The position numbers were made by a program, and so were the translations under genes. Source: a virus (lineage: Duplodnaviria; Caudoviricetes). From it: 41,498 bases of DNA. Shown in pieces: positions 9,360 through 19,096 of this stretch (position 1 is the stretch's first letter; every line of letters begins with the position of its first letter). The notes under the pieces are model-generated. The model did not search any database and was not told where the DNA came from. It saw only the letters and a list, made by a program, of their open reading frames with translations. The stretch lies in IMG/VR virus record IMGVR_UViG_3300037483_000113, positions 1 to 41,498 of that record. The stretch is one strand, 5' to 3'.

Positions 9360-9698
9360 ATGCGCGCCGGGCAACTCGACCGCCAAGTGATCCTCCAGAG
9401 CTTCACGCTCGGGACTACGGGCGACCCCAACGCGGGGACGTGGACCACGGAGGCGACCGTGTGGGCCGAGCGTCTGGACGCCAGGGGCATCGAGCGGGCC
9501 ACGGGGCTGACGGTGGCCGCCGCGGAGGCCACACAGGCCTACCGCATCCGGTACGACGCCGACGTGGCCGTCACGCCCCTCTGGCGCATCAACGACGGCG
9601 GCGAGCTTTGGGACGTCACCGCCGTCCTGCCCGGCGTGGGTCGCAACCGCGAGCGGGTCCTACTAGTGAGCCGACTCAATCCGGACGACGAGGCTTGA
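9360..9698 (+). CDS. Head closure protein (SPP1 gp16-like)
   Basis: MRAGQLDRQVILQ, ATVWAE, IRY motifs. Confidence 0.9.
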   Translation: MRAGQLDRQVILQSFTLGTTGDPNAGTWTTEATVWAERLDARGIERATGLTVAAAEATQAYRIRYDADVAVTPLWRINDGGELWDVTAVLPGVGRNRERVLLVSRLNPDDEA

Positions 9699-9700
9699 CC

Positions 9701-10093
9701 GTGGCCGACTTCGAGAACGCCGTCCGGACCCGACTCACCGAGCACGCGGGGACAACCGCGCTGATCGGCACGCGGGCATGGTACGGGGCGCTTCCTCAGG
9801 ACGCCACGTTCCCCGCCTGCTCCGTGCAACAGATCAGCGCCCCCCGCATCTCGGCCATGGGCGCCGACGTGGACAAGGTGGAGAGTCGCCAGCAGGTCCG
9901 CGCGTGCGCGAAGACGCGGGCGGGTGCGAAGGCCCTGGCCGATCAAGTCCGCGCCGCGCTGCAACGGTTCTCGGGTACGGTCGCGTCCGTGGTCATCCAC
10001 GACTGCTTCCTTGTGGACGAAAGCCCCGAGTACGAGGACGCGACGAAAGTCTACGCCGTGCGCTTCGACTTCAAGGTGTGGGGGACCGAGTAA
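9701..10093 (+). CDS. Tail terminator (DUF3168-like)
   Basis: GTG start; LIGTR.WYGALPQDATFP, AKALADQVRAAL, RFDFKVW. Confidence 0.85.
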   Translation: MADFENAVRTRLTEHAGTTALIGTRAWYGALPQDATFPACSVQQISAPRISAMGADVDKVESRQQVRACAKTRAGAKALADQVRAALQRFSGTVASVVIHDCFLVDESPEYEDATKVYAVRFDFKVWGTE

Positions 10094-10515
10094 TGGCACG
10101 CCCCCGTAAGCGCCAGCGCGTCGACCTTGAAGGCATGGAAGATCTGGAGGCGGCTCTTCGGCGGTTGGGCGAGGACGTCCAGGGCGAAGTGCTGCGGGGG
10201 GCTGTGGACGCCGGGGCCGAGATCGTGCGCGACGTGGCCAGCCAGTTGGCTCCCCGCTCGCAAGACGGGTCGCACGGGCACGCGCCCGGCTTCCTGTCGG
10301 AGCACATCGAAAAAGACCGCCAGTGGACGCGGACGCAGAACACCGCCGACACCCACGTCGGCATGACGAAAGAGGCATGGTACGGCCGGCTCCAGGAGAC
10401 GGGGACGGTATACCAGCCCGCTCAGCCGTTCCTCCGGCCCGCGCTGGACGAAACCAAGAACGACGTAGTGGACGCAGTCGCGGAGCATCTCCGCAACGCA
10501 ATCCTTCGGGGGTAA
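10093..10515 (+). CDS. HK97 gp10-like tail completion protein
   Basis: LEGMEDL..AL, AWYGRLQETGT..QPAQPFLRPALD; TAATG coupling. Confidence 0.93.
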   Translation: MARPRKRQRVDLEGMEDLEAALRRLGEDVQGEVLRGAVDAGAEIVRDVASQLAPRSQDGSHGHAPGFLSEHIEKDRQWTRTQNTADTHVGMTKEAWYGRLQETGTVYQPAQPFLRPALDETKNDVVDAVAEHLRNAILRG

Positions 10516-10518
10516 TCC

Positions 10519-11250
10519 ATGGCCACCCAGGTACTCACAAATACGAAGCTCTACCTTGCCGAGTTCGACCTGTCCGGGGACCACAACGCGCTCGCGCTGA
10601 ACTACTCGGCCGAGATGCAGGACTCCACCGTGTTCGGCAATGCGGCGCGAAACCGGGCGGGTGGGCTCAAGGTCGTCTCATTCTCCGGTGAAGGCTTCTG
10701 GTCGGGCGGCGACGGGCTGGTGGATGAGGTGCTGTACGGGAAGATCGGCGTCGCCGACGCCCCCTGCACCATCGCGCCCGTGGGCGAGACGCTGGCCAAC
10801 GACGCCTACCTGTTCCGCTGCATCATGGGCCAGTACCAGTTCGGCGCCCCGGTCGGGGAGCTTCTGCGCTTCTCCGTCTCTGGCGAGGGATCGGGCGGTG
10901 TGGGCGTCGTGCGCGGGAAGCTGATTCACGTCGGGAGCGAGACCGCGACGGGCGCGGAGGACAAGCAGGTGCTCGGCGCGGTGAGCGCCACACAGAGCAT
11001 CTACGCCGCCCTGCACGTCCTGACCGTCACGGGCACGGATCCCACGCTCGACGTCGTGCTCGAATCAGACGCCGACGGGACGGCCGGCGGCGAGACGGCG
11101 CGTATCACGTTCGCTCAGGCGACGGCCGAAACGTCCGAGTGGGCATCGCTCGCCGGCGCGGTCACCGACACCTACTGGCGCGCGAGCTGGACCATCGGCG
11201 GGACGGATACGCCGACCTTCGAGTTCATCCTGGCAGTCGGCATCCTCTAG
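10519..11250 (+). CDS. Tail tube-like protein with an extra C-terminal domain
   Basis: N-terminal half parallels 11260-11673 (DLS.....L.YSAE..D.T..G..AR.RAGGLK). Confidence 0.7.
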   Translation: MATQVLTNTKLYLAEFDLSGDHNALALNYSAEMQDSTVFGNAARNRAGGLKVVSFSGEGFWSGGDGLVDEVLYGKIGVADAPCTIAPVGETLANDAYLFRCIMGQYQFGAPVGELLRFSVSGEGSGGVGVVRGKLIHVGSETATGAEDKQVLGAVSATQSIYAALHVLTVTGTDPTLDVVLESDADGTAGGETARITFAQATAETSEWASLAGAVTDTYWRASWTIGGTDTPTFEFILAVGIL

Positions 11251-11259
11251 GAGAGTACC

Positions 11260-11673
11260 ATGGCAACAAGAATCCTGAATGACGCGTTCGTCTCCTGGGA
11301 TGGGGTGGACCTGAGCGACCACGTCCGCCAGGCCACGCTCACCTACTCGGCTGAGCTGCTGGACGACACGGCGATGGGCGACACGGCGCGCTCGCGGGCC
11401 GGTGGGCTCAAGGACTGGAGCGCGGACATCGAGTTCTACGCCGACGAGGCGTCGGGCAAGGTCCAGCAGACGATCTTCGCGGACGTCGGCGTGACGGGCA
11501 CGCTCATTGTTCGCCCGGACAACTCTGAGGGCGTGAGCGCCACCAACCCGAACTACACCGGGACGGGGATCGTGGAGTCCATCCCGCTCGTGGCTGGCGG
11601 GGTGGGCGAGATGCAGATGGCCCCGGTGCGCATCCTGGCGGCCGGCACCACCCTGACCCGCGCCGAGGCGTAG
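11260..11673 (+). CDS. Major tail tube protein
   Basis: DLSDHVRQATL, DDTAMGDTARSRAGGLKDWS, SATNPNYTG; precedes the chaperone and tape measure genes. Confidence 0.85.
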   Translation: MATRILNDAFVSWDGVDLSDHVRQATLTYSAELLDDTAMGDTARSRAGGLKDWSADIEFYADEASGKVQQTIFADVGVTGTLIVRPDNSEGVSATNPNYTGTGIVESIPLVAGGVGEMQMAPVRILAAGTTLTRAEA

Positions 11674-11676
11674 CCC

Positions 11677-12126
11677 ATGAGCATGGACAAGGGCGCGCTG
11701 TTCTCCGCGCTCGACCTCGGGAGCGAGTTGGTGGAAATCGCGCCGGGCGACTTCGTGCGGATGGCCGAAATGTCCGTGGCCGAACGGGAGCGCGTGCGCG
11801 GGAGCATCCAGGGCCTCGACGAGGACGCACCCGAGTTTGCGTTCCGTGTGCTGCTCGCGCTCGTGGTGGCGTCGCTCCGCAACGATGACGGGTCGGTGAT
11901 GTTCCCGCCGGAGGAATGGGCCGGGGCCACCGATGCGCTGCTCATGCGGTCCAAGTCGGGGCCGGTCGGGAGGATGGTGGACGCCTGCCAGCGCATCCAG
12001 GGACTGGGCGAGGACGAGTTGAAGGACGCCGTAAAAAACTCCGAAGCGAGCCCGAGCGATGCTTCCTGCTCCGGCTCGCCAAAGACCTCGGATTCCCCAA
12101 CGTCCGAACCCTCGCTGAGTGCCTGA
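11677..12126 (+). CDS. Tail assembly chaperone (gpG-like)
   Basis: Between tube and tape measure genes; contains an in-frame slippery heptamer. Confidence 0.85.
   Translation: MSMDKGALFSALDLGSELVEIAPGDFVRMAEMSVAERERVRGSIQGLDEDAPEFAFRVLLALVVASLRNDDGSVMFPPEEWAGATDALLMRSKSGPVGRMVDACQRIQGLGEDELKDAVKNSEASPSDASCSGSPKTSDSPTSEPSLSA
12033..12039 (+). other. Programmed -1 frameshift site A AAA AAC
   Basis: X XXY YYZ heptamer in GTA AAA AAC; the -1 frame stays open to 12269. Confidence 0.85.
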
Positions 12127-12269
12127 CGGGTTCCGACCTCCTGGAATGGTCGGCGTTCTACGTGATCGAGGCCTCCGATCAGGACCCGGAGGTGACGAAG
12201 TGGGATGATGCGGCTTCGGCGCAGTCGAAGATAGAGCGAATCGCCAAGGCCAAGGAAAACGCCCGGTAG
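12033..12269 (+). CDS. Frameshift-extended chaperone segment (gpT-like; fusion product 11677-12269)
   Basis: -1 frame reads FLLRLAKDLG..VRTL...LTGSDLLEWSAFY, typical of gpT segments. Confidence 0.82.
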   Translation, partial: KKLRSEPERCFLLRLAKDLGFPNVRTLAECLTGSDLLEWSAFYVIEASDQDPEVTKWDDAASAQSKIERIAKAKENAR

Positions 12270-12281
12270 GGATGCGATAGA

Positions 12282-13991
12282 ATGGCCTCCAAGACCCTTG
12301 CCTCACTCATAATCCGGGTGGGTGCCGACGTATCCGGCGCCCTGACCGGCATGACGTCGGTCGAGAAGGCGTCCCGGGCCATCAAGCGCGAGTTCACGGG
12401 GCTCAGCGCGTCCACGATCCGGTACCGCTCGGCCATGGTGGCGCTTGCCGGGACTGCCGCGCTCGGGCTGGTCATCAAGAACAGCATGGAGGCCCAGGCC
12501 GCCAACGCGCAGCTCGGCGCCGTGCTCAAGTCCACGGGCGGCGCGGCCGGTCAGACCATGCAGAGCCTCGACCGCATGGCAACGGCGCTCGAGCGTACCA
12601 CCACCTTCGGGGACGAGGCGGTCAAGAGCGCCCAGGGCCTGCTCCTGACGTTCACCGCGATCAAGGGCGGCGCCTTCGAGCAGGCGACGAAGACCGTGCT
12701 CGACATGGCGACGGCGATGGGCGGCGGCGAGGGTGGCCTCAAGGCCGCGTCCATCCAGGTCGGCAAGGCGCTCCAGGATCCTATCAAGGGACTCACGGCG
12801 CTCCGGAAAGTCGGCGTCAACTTCACTGATGCCCAGCGCGACCAGATCAAGGTGATGGTGGAGGGCGGTAGGGTCGCCGAGGCCCAGGCCATGATCCTGA
12901 AGGAGCTCCAGGTGGAGTTCGGGGGGTCCGCCGAGGCCGCGCGCAAGACGCTCGGCGGCGCGATCGCGTTCCTGAACAACCAGCTCGGCAACTTCTTCGA
13001 GGTGTCCGAGACGGGATCGGGCGTGTTCATTTCGGCCATCAACTCCATGGGCGAGGCCGTGATCTGGGCGCGCGAGAAGGCGATGGTGCCGTTCTTCGGT
13101 GGCATCCAGATCATGGCCGCCGACGCCGCGGTGTGGGTCGGTAAACTCAGGGTGGCGTGGGCCGATCTCCAAGTGCTGTTGCACGGCGAGGAAGCCATGC
13201 CCGCGGCCGGCGCAGCACGGGACTCGCTGAAATTCCTGGCAGACGCCGCAGCCGAGGTCAAGGCCGAACTACTTTCCGGCGGCCCTGCGTTTGAAGGCTA
13301 CGCCCGTTCCGTCACCAGCGCGGCCGCCGCCGTAACCGCGCTCACCGAAGCGCAGCGGAAGCTTCTGGCCGTGGGTGCGGGCGTCACCGCTCCCAACACG
13401 GGCCAGTTCGGGTTCGGCACCCCCGAGAGCCTGGCGAAGTGGAAGCAGGCGCAGGAGTTGATCAAGAACGGGACAATCACGCTGTTCGATCCCAAGCCGA
13501 TGGTCAAGAAGTGGTCGGAAGGCATGGACTGGATGGTGGCCGACGCGGTGGACGCGAAGGACAGGATGCTCTCGGCCGCCATGATGTTCCGCGACGGGTT
13601 CGCGGACGCAATCGCGTCGGCGGTGACGACCGGAAAGCTGAATTTCCGCTCGTTCGCTGACTTCGTGATCGCGGAGTTGATCCGGATCCAGGTCCGCAAA
13701 ATCTTCACCGACGTCCTCGGCTCGGCGGTCGGTGGCTCGTCGGCGTCCAGTACTTCGACGCCCGTAACCACCACGAGCGGTGCCGCGTCGGCCGGGGCGA
13801 TGTCGTTCAACGTGGGCGCCACGTCCGCGCCCCCTGCCGTGGTTCACCAGACGATCAACTTCAGCGTGAGCGCCATCGACGCTCGGGACGCTGCCCGGTT
13901 CGTGCAGGAGCAGAAGGGGGCCATTTCCCAGGTGGTGGCGGACGCGGCCCGCGGCTCGTCCGGGTTCCGTCGCGCCCTGGCGGGAGCATAG
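12282..13991 (+). CDS. Tape measure protein (569 aa)
   Basis: ASLIIRVGAD N-terminus, QVGKALQDPIKGLTALRKVGV, EFGGSAEAA; Ala-rich and helical. Confidence 0.95.
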   Translation: MASKTLASLIIRVGADVSGALTGMTSVEKASRAIKREFTGLSASTIRYRSAMVALAGTAALGLVIKNSMEAQAANAQLGAVLKSTGGAAGQTMQSLDRMATALERTTTFGDEAVKSAQGLLLTFTAIKGGAFEQATKTVLDMATAMGGGEGGLKAASIQVGKALQDPIKGLTALRKVGVNFTDAQRDQIKVMVEGGRVAEAQAMILKELQVEFGGSAEAARKTLGGAIAFLNNQLGNFFEVSETGSGVFISAINSMGEAVIWAREKAMVPFFGGIQIMAADAAVWVGKLRVAWADLQVLLHGEEAMPAAGAARDSLKFLADAAAEVKAELLSGGPAFEGYARSVTSAAAAVTALTEAQRKLLAVGAGVTAPNTGQFGFGTPESLAKWKQAQELIKNGTITLFDPKPMVKKWSEGMDWMVADAVDAKDRMLSAAMMFRDGFADAIASAVTTGKLNFRSFADFVIAELIRIQVRKIFTDVLGSAVGGSSASSTSTPVTTTSGAASAGAMSFNVGATSAPPAVVHQTINFSVSAIDARDAARFVQEQKGAISQVVADAARGSSGFRRALAGA

Positions 13992-13994
13992 GCC

Positions 13995-14618
13995 GTGGCC
14001 GACTTCCCTCGCACCGTCATTCCGCAGACGGTCACGCTACCCGTTGTGCCCGGTGGGCTGATGTCGGTGGGCCGCACCGGCAAGGTGCAACTCCGCTCCG
14101 AGGTGTCGGCTGGCCGCGTGTGGCAAGAGACATGGCCGCCGCTTCTGGCCGGGAGCGCGGACGCCCAAGCCTTGTGGACGTTCGTGGAGAAGTCGTACAA
14201 CCTCGGCGAGACGTTCGACCTCGCCCACTACCTGCTGCCAGGCTCCGGCAAGGCGCCGAACGGAGCGGGCGGTGGAACGCCACTGGTGGTGGGCGCGAGC
14301 GAGGCCGGGTCCACGATTGACACGGACGGGTGGAGCAACAGCATCACCGACGTGGTCAAGGCGGGCGACGTCATCAAGATCGCGGGACTCAACCAGCTTT
14401 TCCGCATCACCGCAGACACCGACTCGTCCGGAACGGGCACGGCCACGCTTTCTATCAATCCGCCGATCCTCGTAGGATCCAGCCCCGCCGACAACGCGGC
14501 CATCACGCGCACCGGCTGCAAGCTCAGGGCGTTCGTGCTCGACTATTCGCCTCTGCCCGCTGCGGGGCCGGACGAGTATGTCATGGGCTACTCGGTGACG
14601 TTCCGCGAGGCTCCTTAG
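13995..14618 (+). CDS. Distal tail / tail tip protein
   Basis: Follows the tape measure gene; VKAGDVIKI, LSINPP, C-terminal VTFRE. Confidence 0.75.
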   Translation: MADFPRTVIPQTVTLPVVPGGLMSVGRTGKVQLRSEVSAGRVWQETWPPLLAGSADAQALWTFVEKSYNLGETFDLAHYLLPGSGKAPNGAGGGTPLVVGASEAGSTIDTDGWSNSITDVVKAGDVIKIAGLNQLFRITADTDSSGTGTATLSINPPILVGSSPADNAAITRTGCKLRAFVLDYSPLPAAGPDEYVMGYSVTFREAP

Positions 14619-14619
14619 G

Positions 14620-15303
14620 ATGACCCGTACCCTCGCCGCCGGAATGGTCACCGCCGTAGCCGCCGAGAGCGGGTACGCGGACGTGTGGCTGATCGTGCTG
14701 GTGTCCTCGGGCGGAACCACCCGGATCACCACCGCGTCCCAGACCGTGACGTGGGACGCGAACACGTACACGGCGGTGGGCGGTGCCATCGAGTTCGAGC
14801 CCCCGGCTGAGACGTCCGACCCGGCGGCACAGAGCCTGAGGCTGTCCCTGGCGGGCGTTTCGCAGACGATCATCACGGACCTGCTCACGAACGACATGCG
14901 GGGCCGGGATTGCACGCTGTACTTCGGGCAGATCGACGTGAGCACGGGCGCCGTGATTGCAGATCCCGTGGAGGTATTCACCGGCCTGCTCAACGACCGG
15001 TGGACGATCACGGAAGAGAGGGGCGACAGCGGGCCGGGCACGGTGCGCGTGTCCACGTCGGCGGTGTCGCAGTTGGCCCGGTACCTGGTGCCGCGGGGGA
15101 TGCGGAGCAACGTCCAGAGCCATAACGACATGCTGGCGCGGGCCGGGCTCGCCGTGGGCGACACGTTCTTCTCTCGCGTCCCCACCCTCGTGGGCAAGCA
15201 GGTGTTGTGGGGGAAGGCGGTCGCAAAGACGGGTGTCCAGTCCGGCAGTGGCACTACCCGGGGCGGCGGCGACGCGCAGCAAGAGTCGGACGGGTTCTAC
15301 TGA
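14620..15303 (+). CDS. Tail tip protein (gpL/hub-like)
   Basis: MTRTL.., WDANTYTAVG, LSLAGV motifs and position. Confidence 0.75.
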   Translation: MTRTLAAGMVTAVAAESGYADVWLIVLVSSGGTTRITTASQTVTWDANTYTAVGGAIEFEPPAETSDPAAQSLRLSLAGVSQTIITDLLTNDMRGRDCTLYFGQIDVSTGAVIADPVEVFTGLLNDRWTITEERGDSGPGTVRVSTSAVSQLARYLVPRGMRSNVQSHNDMLARAGLAVGDTFFSRVPTLVGKQVLWGKAVAKTGVQSGSGTTRGGGDAQQESDGFY

Positions 15304-15728
15304 TGCGCCAGCCTGGTTGGGAGTTCCGGCTTGTGGCCTACGCCAACTCGCAGGTGGGCCGTCCGTTCGTGTGGGGCGAGACGGATTGCTACAGCCTGGT
15401 ACGCGAAGCGCTGGAGTGTGTGTACGACGCCGACTTATTGCCGCACATCATCTACACGAGCAAGGCAAAAGCCACGACGGCAGCGAGGGCGTTCCCGCAA
15501 CCCGGTGCGGCACTGAGTGACTTCGGCGCGGTACGTGTGCCGCTGCCCAACGCGCAGTCCGGCGATGTCCTGCTGATGCCTGGCGACGATGGCTTGGGGC
15601 TGCCCCGGTTCGCCGTCGTGGTGGACGGGCGCGGACGTGTCCTGACCTCCGATCCCGGCGCGGGCGCCGAAGTGTTGAGGGCTTCCAACATCCCACCCGA
15701 CAGCACGGCGTGGAGGTGGGATGTCTAA
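15303..15728 (+). CDS. NlpC/P60-like tail tip protein (gpK-like)
   Basis: PFVWGETDC and AQSGDV motifs; TGATG coupling. Confidence 0.85.
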   Translation: MRQPGWEFRLVAYANSQVGRPFVWGETDCYSLVREALECVYDADLLPHIIYTSKAKATTAARAFPQPGAALSDFGAVRVPLPNAQSGDVLLMPGDDGLGLPRFAVVVDGRGRVLTSDPGAGAEVLRASNIPPDSTAWRWDV

Positions 15729-18309
15729 GGGCACGCTGCTTGACGCCATTTCGATTGCGGCACTCTTTGTCCCGCTGCCCGGCGTCAACGTGTTTTTGGC
15801 GGCCGCAATCCGCGCGAGCATTGTCATTTCTGCGTCCTACGCCAAGTCCAAGCTGGCCCGCTCGGGCGCGCTGGAGAACCAGATCGCGGGCTCGACGCTC
15901 AACGTGATGAGCAACGAGGCCGTGCTGCCCGTGGTGTACGGGACGGCCAAGGTGGGCATGATCCTGGCCGACGTGCAGCAGGACAGCGCACAGGTCAAGA
16001 CCATCGCCGTGGTCGGGGCGCTCTGCATGGGCTCGGAAGATGGGACCGGCATCGAGAGCGTCACGAAGGTCTACTTCGACGACGTACTGGCCATCGACGG
16101 ACCCACGGCCACCACGGGCGCGACAAACAACACGAACGTGCAAAGCCCGTGGAAGACCGGCACCACCTACGGGACGGACCTGTGGATACAGTACGGGCTC
16201 CAGTTGGGCGCGGACGCTCAGGCCGCCGACACGGAGCTGGTGAGTCGCTTCGCCAACTGGACCGCGACGGACGAGGGCGTGGGCGTGGCCTCGCTCGCCC
16301 TGCTGCTCTACTACAACGAGGAAGTGTGGACGACGGGCCGCCCGAACGTGACGGCGCTGGTCAAGGGCCAGAAGGTCTATGATCCGCGCACCACCACCAC
16401 GGTGTGGTCGGACAACCCGGCGCTTTGTATTCGGGACTGGATGACCTCGGTGCGCTACGGCATGGGCATCCCCGAGGCGCAGATCAACGACGCCTCGATT
16501 ACGGCAGCCGCCAACTACTGCGACGTGAGCGTGAGTATCCCGGGCCCGTCAACGCAGAAGCGATTCACCTGCAACGGTCTGGTGAACCCTGCCGACTCTC
16601 CGCTCGCCAACCTGCAACGGCTGCTGTCGTCCTGTCGTGGCGAGATCGTGCGCATCGGGAGCGAGTACCACCTGCAGATCCGGCAGACGGCCACCGCGGA
16701 AACCGTCACCCTCACCGAAAACAACATCATCGGTGATTTCGAGTTCTTCCGGGGCGGCATCGAAGAGGCGCCGAACCGGATCACCGCCACGTTCGTGGAC
16801 CCCGACCTCAACTACCAGCCCAACGATATGTCGTGGCCGGCGGCGGGCGCGGCGAACGCCTACCTGACGGCGGACAACAGCTTCAGCTCCCACCAGTTCA
16901 TCGAGCTGCCCTACACGAATGACCTCTACCGCGCTCAGCAGATTGGACAGACGCTGCTCAAGGAAGGCCGGGAGGATCTCGGTGTAGCCCTCACGGCCAA
17001 CCGTGAAGCACTCCAGTTCCAACAGGGCGACGTGGTGAAGGTCACGCACCCCACACCGGCGTGGACCGAAAAGCAGTTCTGGGTCCTCGCCATGGGCATC
17101 CTTCCGGACGGTAACGTGCGGATGGTCCTGCGTGAGTACGACGCCGACGCCTACACGCTGGACGCGCTCGCGGCCAAGGACGCGGCACCATCCACGAACC
17201 TGCCCGCCACTACGACCACGACGGCGCCCACGGGCCTGACCCTAACGGCCGACGCCACCACGGCAGAGGCCCTCCAGGACCTCACCACGGTTCCGCAGAT
17301 CCTCGTGGAGTGGACGGCATCGACCGACCCGTTCCTCGCGGGCTATCAGATCCGCTTGAAGGAGACGGCGGCGGCGGACTCCACCTACGAAGTCGTGGCC
17401 GCCCCATCCGCGAGCGCCGTGCAGGCGTACATCGGCAATGTGGCGAACGGGACGCAGTACACCGTCGGCGTCCGGGCGATGAACGCCATCAACGTGTTCA
17501 GCGCATGGGTGAGCGACACGATTACGGTGGGCACGTCGGAGCAGGTGGCGTCGGCCGGGCTGTCCGTGTTCCTCGACGGCGCCGACATGAAGGTGCGTCG
17601 GAGCGGCGGATCGGCCCAGAGTCTGTCCTACTTCGTGAAGGCGACCGAACCGAGCCTGGCCGAAGTCCAGGGCGGCACGGATAGCGCGTCCGCCACCGTG
17701 ACGGTCCACACGTTCTCGGCTCCGGGTACGCAATGGGTCGGCGTCCTGCTCTACACGGACGCGTCGTCCACCGTGAACGAGTCGGGCCTGTTCACCTTCC
17801 CGATCACCTATCAGGAACAGACGGCTGGCGTGCTGGGCGAGGCGAGCGGCGGCACGTCGGAGAGCACCTATGCGACCGGCGATATGCTCTACGCATCGGC
17901 CGCGGACACGCTGGCAAAGCGCACCATCGGGTCCGCGAGTGCACTGCTCCAGGTCCAGTCGGGCGTGCCCGCTTGGGACACGTCGCTGGACGGGTACACG
18001 GGGCACGCCGTGTACGACAACGGGAGCAAGGGCACGAACTTCAACTGGGACGCGAGCAACGGCAACATCCAGCGCGTGACGCTGACGGCCTCCGTGACGA
18101 TCACGCCGACGAACTTCGTCGCGGGTTCCCCGGCGGTGCTCATCATCGAGTACGGCGGGGCCTACACGCCGACCATTTCGTCCATGGACTACGGGGACAA
18201 CACCCCGACGTATTCCGCTGATTCCGCCAAGGCGGATTGGGTCCATGCCCTGCTGGTCGGGTCTGTCTACTTCGCCAGCGTGTCCACGGGGCACGTCAAC
18301 CCGACATGA
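15721..18309 (+). CDS. Central tail hub / host specificity protein (J-like) with an Fn3-like domain
   Basis: LPVVYG, VKGQKVYDPR, WSDNPALCIRD, AANYCD, RFTCNG, GDVVKVTH, YTVGVRAMN. Confidence 0.93.
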   Translation: MSKGTLLDAISIAALFVPLPGVNVFLAAAIRASIVISASYAKSKLARSGALENQIAGSTLNVMSNEAVLPVVYGTAKVGMILADVQQDSAQVKTIAVVGALCMGSEDGTGIESVTKVYFDDVLAIDGPTATTGATNNTNVQSPWKTGTTYGTDLWIQYGLQLGADAQAADTELVSRFANWTATDEGVGVASLALLLYYNEEVWTTGRPNVTALVKGQKVYDPRTTTTVWSDNPALCIRDWMTSVRYGMGIPEAQINDASITAAANYCDVSVSIPGPSTQKRFTCNGLVNPADSPLANLQRLLSSCRGEIVRIGSEYHLQIRQTATAETVTLTENNIIGDFEFFRGGIEEAPNRITATFVDPDLNYQPNDMSWPAAGAANAYLTADNSFSSHQFIELPYTNDLYRAQQIGQTLLKEGREDLGVALTANREALQFQQGDVVKVTHPTPAWTEKQFWVLAMGILPDGNVRMVLREYDADAYTLDALAAKDAAPSTNLPATTTTTAPTGLTLTADATTAEALQDLTTVPQILVEWTASTDPFLAGYQIRLKETAAADSTYEVVAAPSASAVQAYIGNVANGTQYTVGVRAMNAINVFSAWVSDTITVGTSEQVASAGLSVFLDGADMKVRRSGGSAQSLSYFVKATEPSLAEVQGGTDSASATVTVHTFSAPGTQWVGVLLYTDASSTVNESGLFTFPITYQEQTAGVLGEASGGTSESTYATGDMLYASAADTLAKRTIGSASALLQVQSGVPAWDTSLDGYTGHAVYDNGSKGTNFNWDASNGNIQRVTLTASVTITPTNFVAGSPAVLIIEYGGAYTPTISSMDYGDNTPTYSADSAKADWVHALLVGSVYFASVSTGHVNPT

Positions 18310-19076
18310 TCCCCGCCCTGATCGCCCGCCCGCTTCGGGCGTCCCTATACCCGCCCGTGGCGTCCGGCGCCTATGTCGCCATCTACGACCCCGACCGGCA
18401 AGGCTACTCGGACCTCGACACGCCCACGTCGATGGTGGATTACCTCGGCATCGTGGGTGACTTGACCGCCGGGTCCGGGAACGAGTTCGAGTATCAGGCG
18501 GCGGAAGCTGCTTTCGGCGGACAGGGCTGCATGGCCGCGTCCTCGGCGCAAACAGAGTCGATGATCGTCACCGACTCCACCCTGGCCGCGCTGGTCACCG
18601 GCGTCGGCTGGAGCTTCACCATGATCGGCGTCGTGGAGCCCGGGGACACCGGGTATACCGAGGAGGTCATGCCGATCCTGTACGGTGGCGGGCACTACAT
18701 CGGGCTCAAGTTCTTGAGTTCGACGCAAATGCAGGTCTACGCAAATGGGGCGACCGCGGCGGCGCAACTTCTCACGACCAACTCGCCGCAGCCCAGCAGC
18801 CTGGTCGGAAGCGCGCACATCTTCACCGTGCGCGCCAAGATGGCTTCGCCGCCCGCGTTCAATATCCGCGTAGACGGTGCCGCTCATTCGGTGAACAGCC
18901 CGACGCAGACGGGCGCGCTCAGCGGCGTGACGAGCATGGCCTACATCTACTCGCTCACCAGCGTTTCGGATTCCTTCGAGGGACGGGCGGCGTGGATGGC
19001 GTTCCTGGACTCATACCTGACGGACGAGGACTGCGCCAGAATCGAGGGCTACCTGGCAACCCGATACGGGATCTAA
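18306..19076 (+). CDS. Putative lectin/LamG-like tail receptor-binding protein
   Basis: Beta-rich; C-terminal LTDEDCARIEGYLATRYGI is typical of such tail proteins; ATGA coupling. Confidence 0.7.
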   Translation: MIPALIARPLRASLYPPVASGAYVAIYDPDRQGYSDLDTPTSMVDYLGIVGDLTAGSGNEFEYQAAEAAFGGQGCMAASSAQTESMIVTDSTLAALVTGVGWSFTMIGVVEPGDTGYTEEVMPILYGGGHYIGLKFLSSTQMQVYANGATAAAQLLTTNSPQPSSLVGSAHIFTVRAKMASPPAFNIRVDGAAHSVNSPTQTGALSGVTSMAYIYSLTSVSDSFEGRAAWMAFLDSYLTDEDCARIEGYLATRYGI

Positions 19077-19096
19077 CCCACTTCAGGAGGACCACC

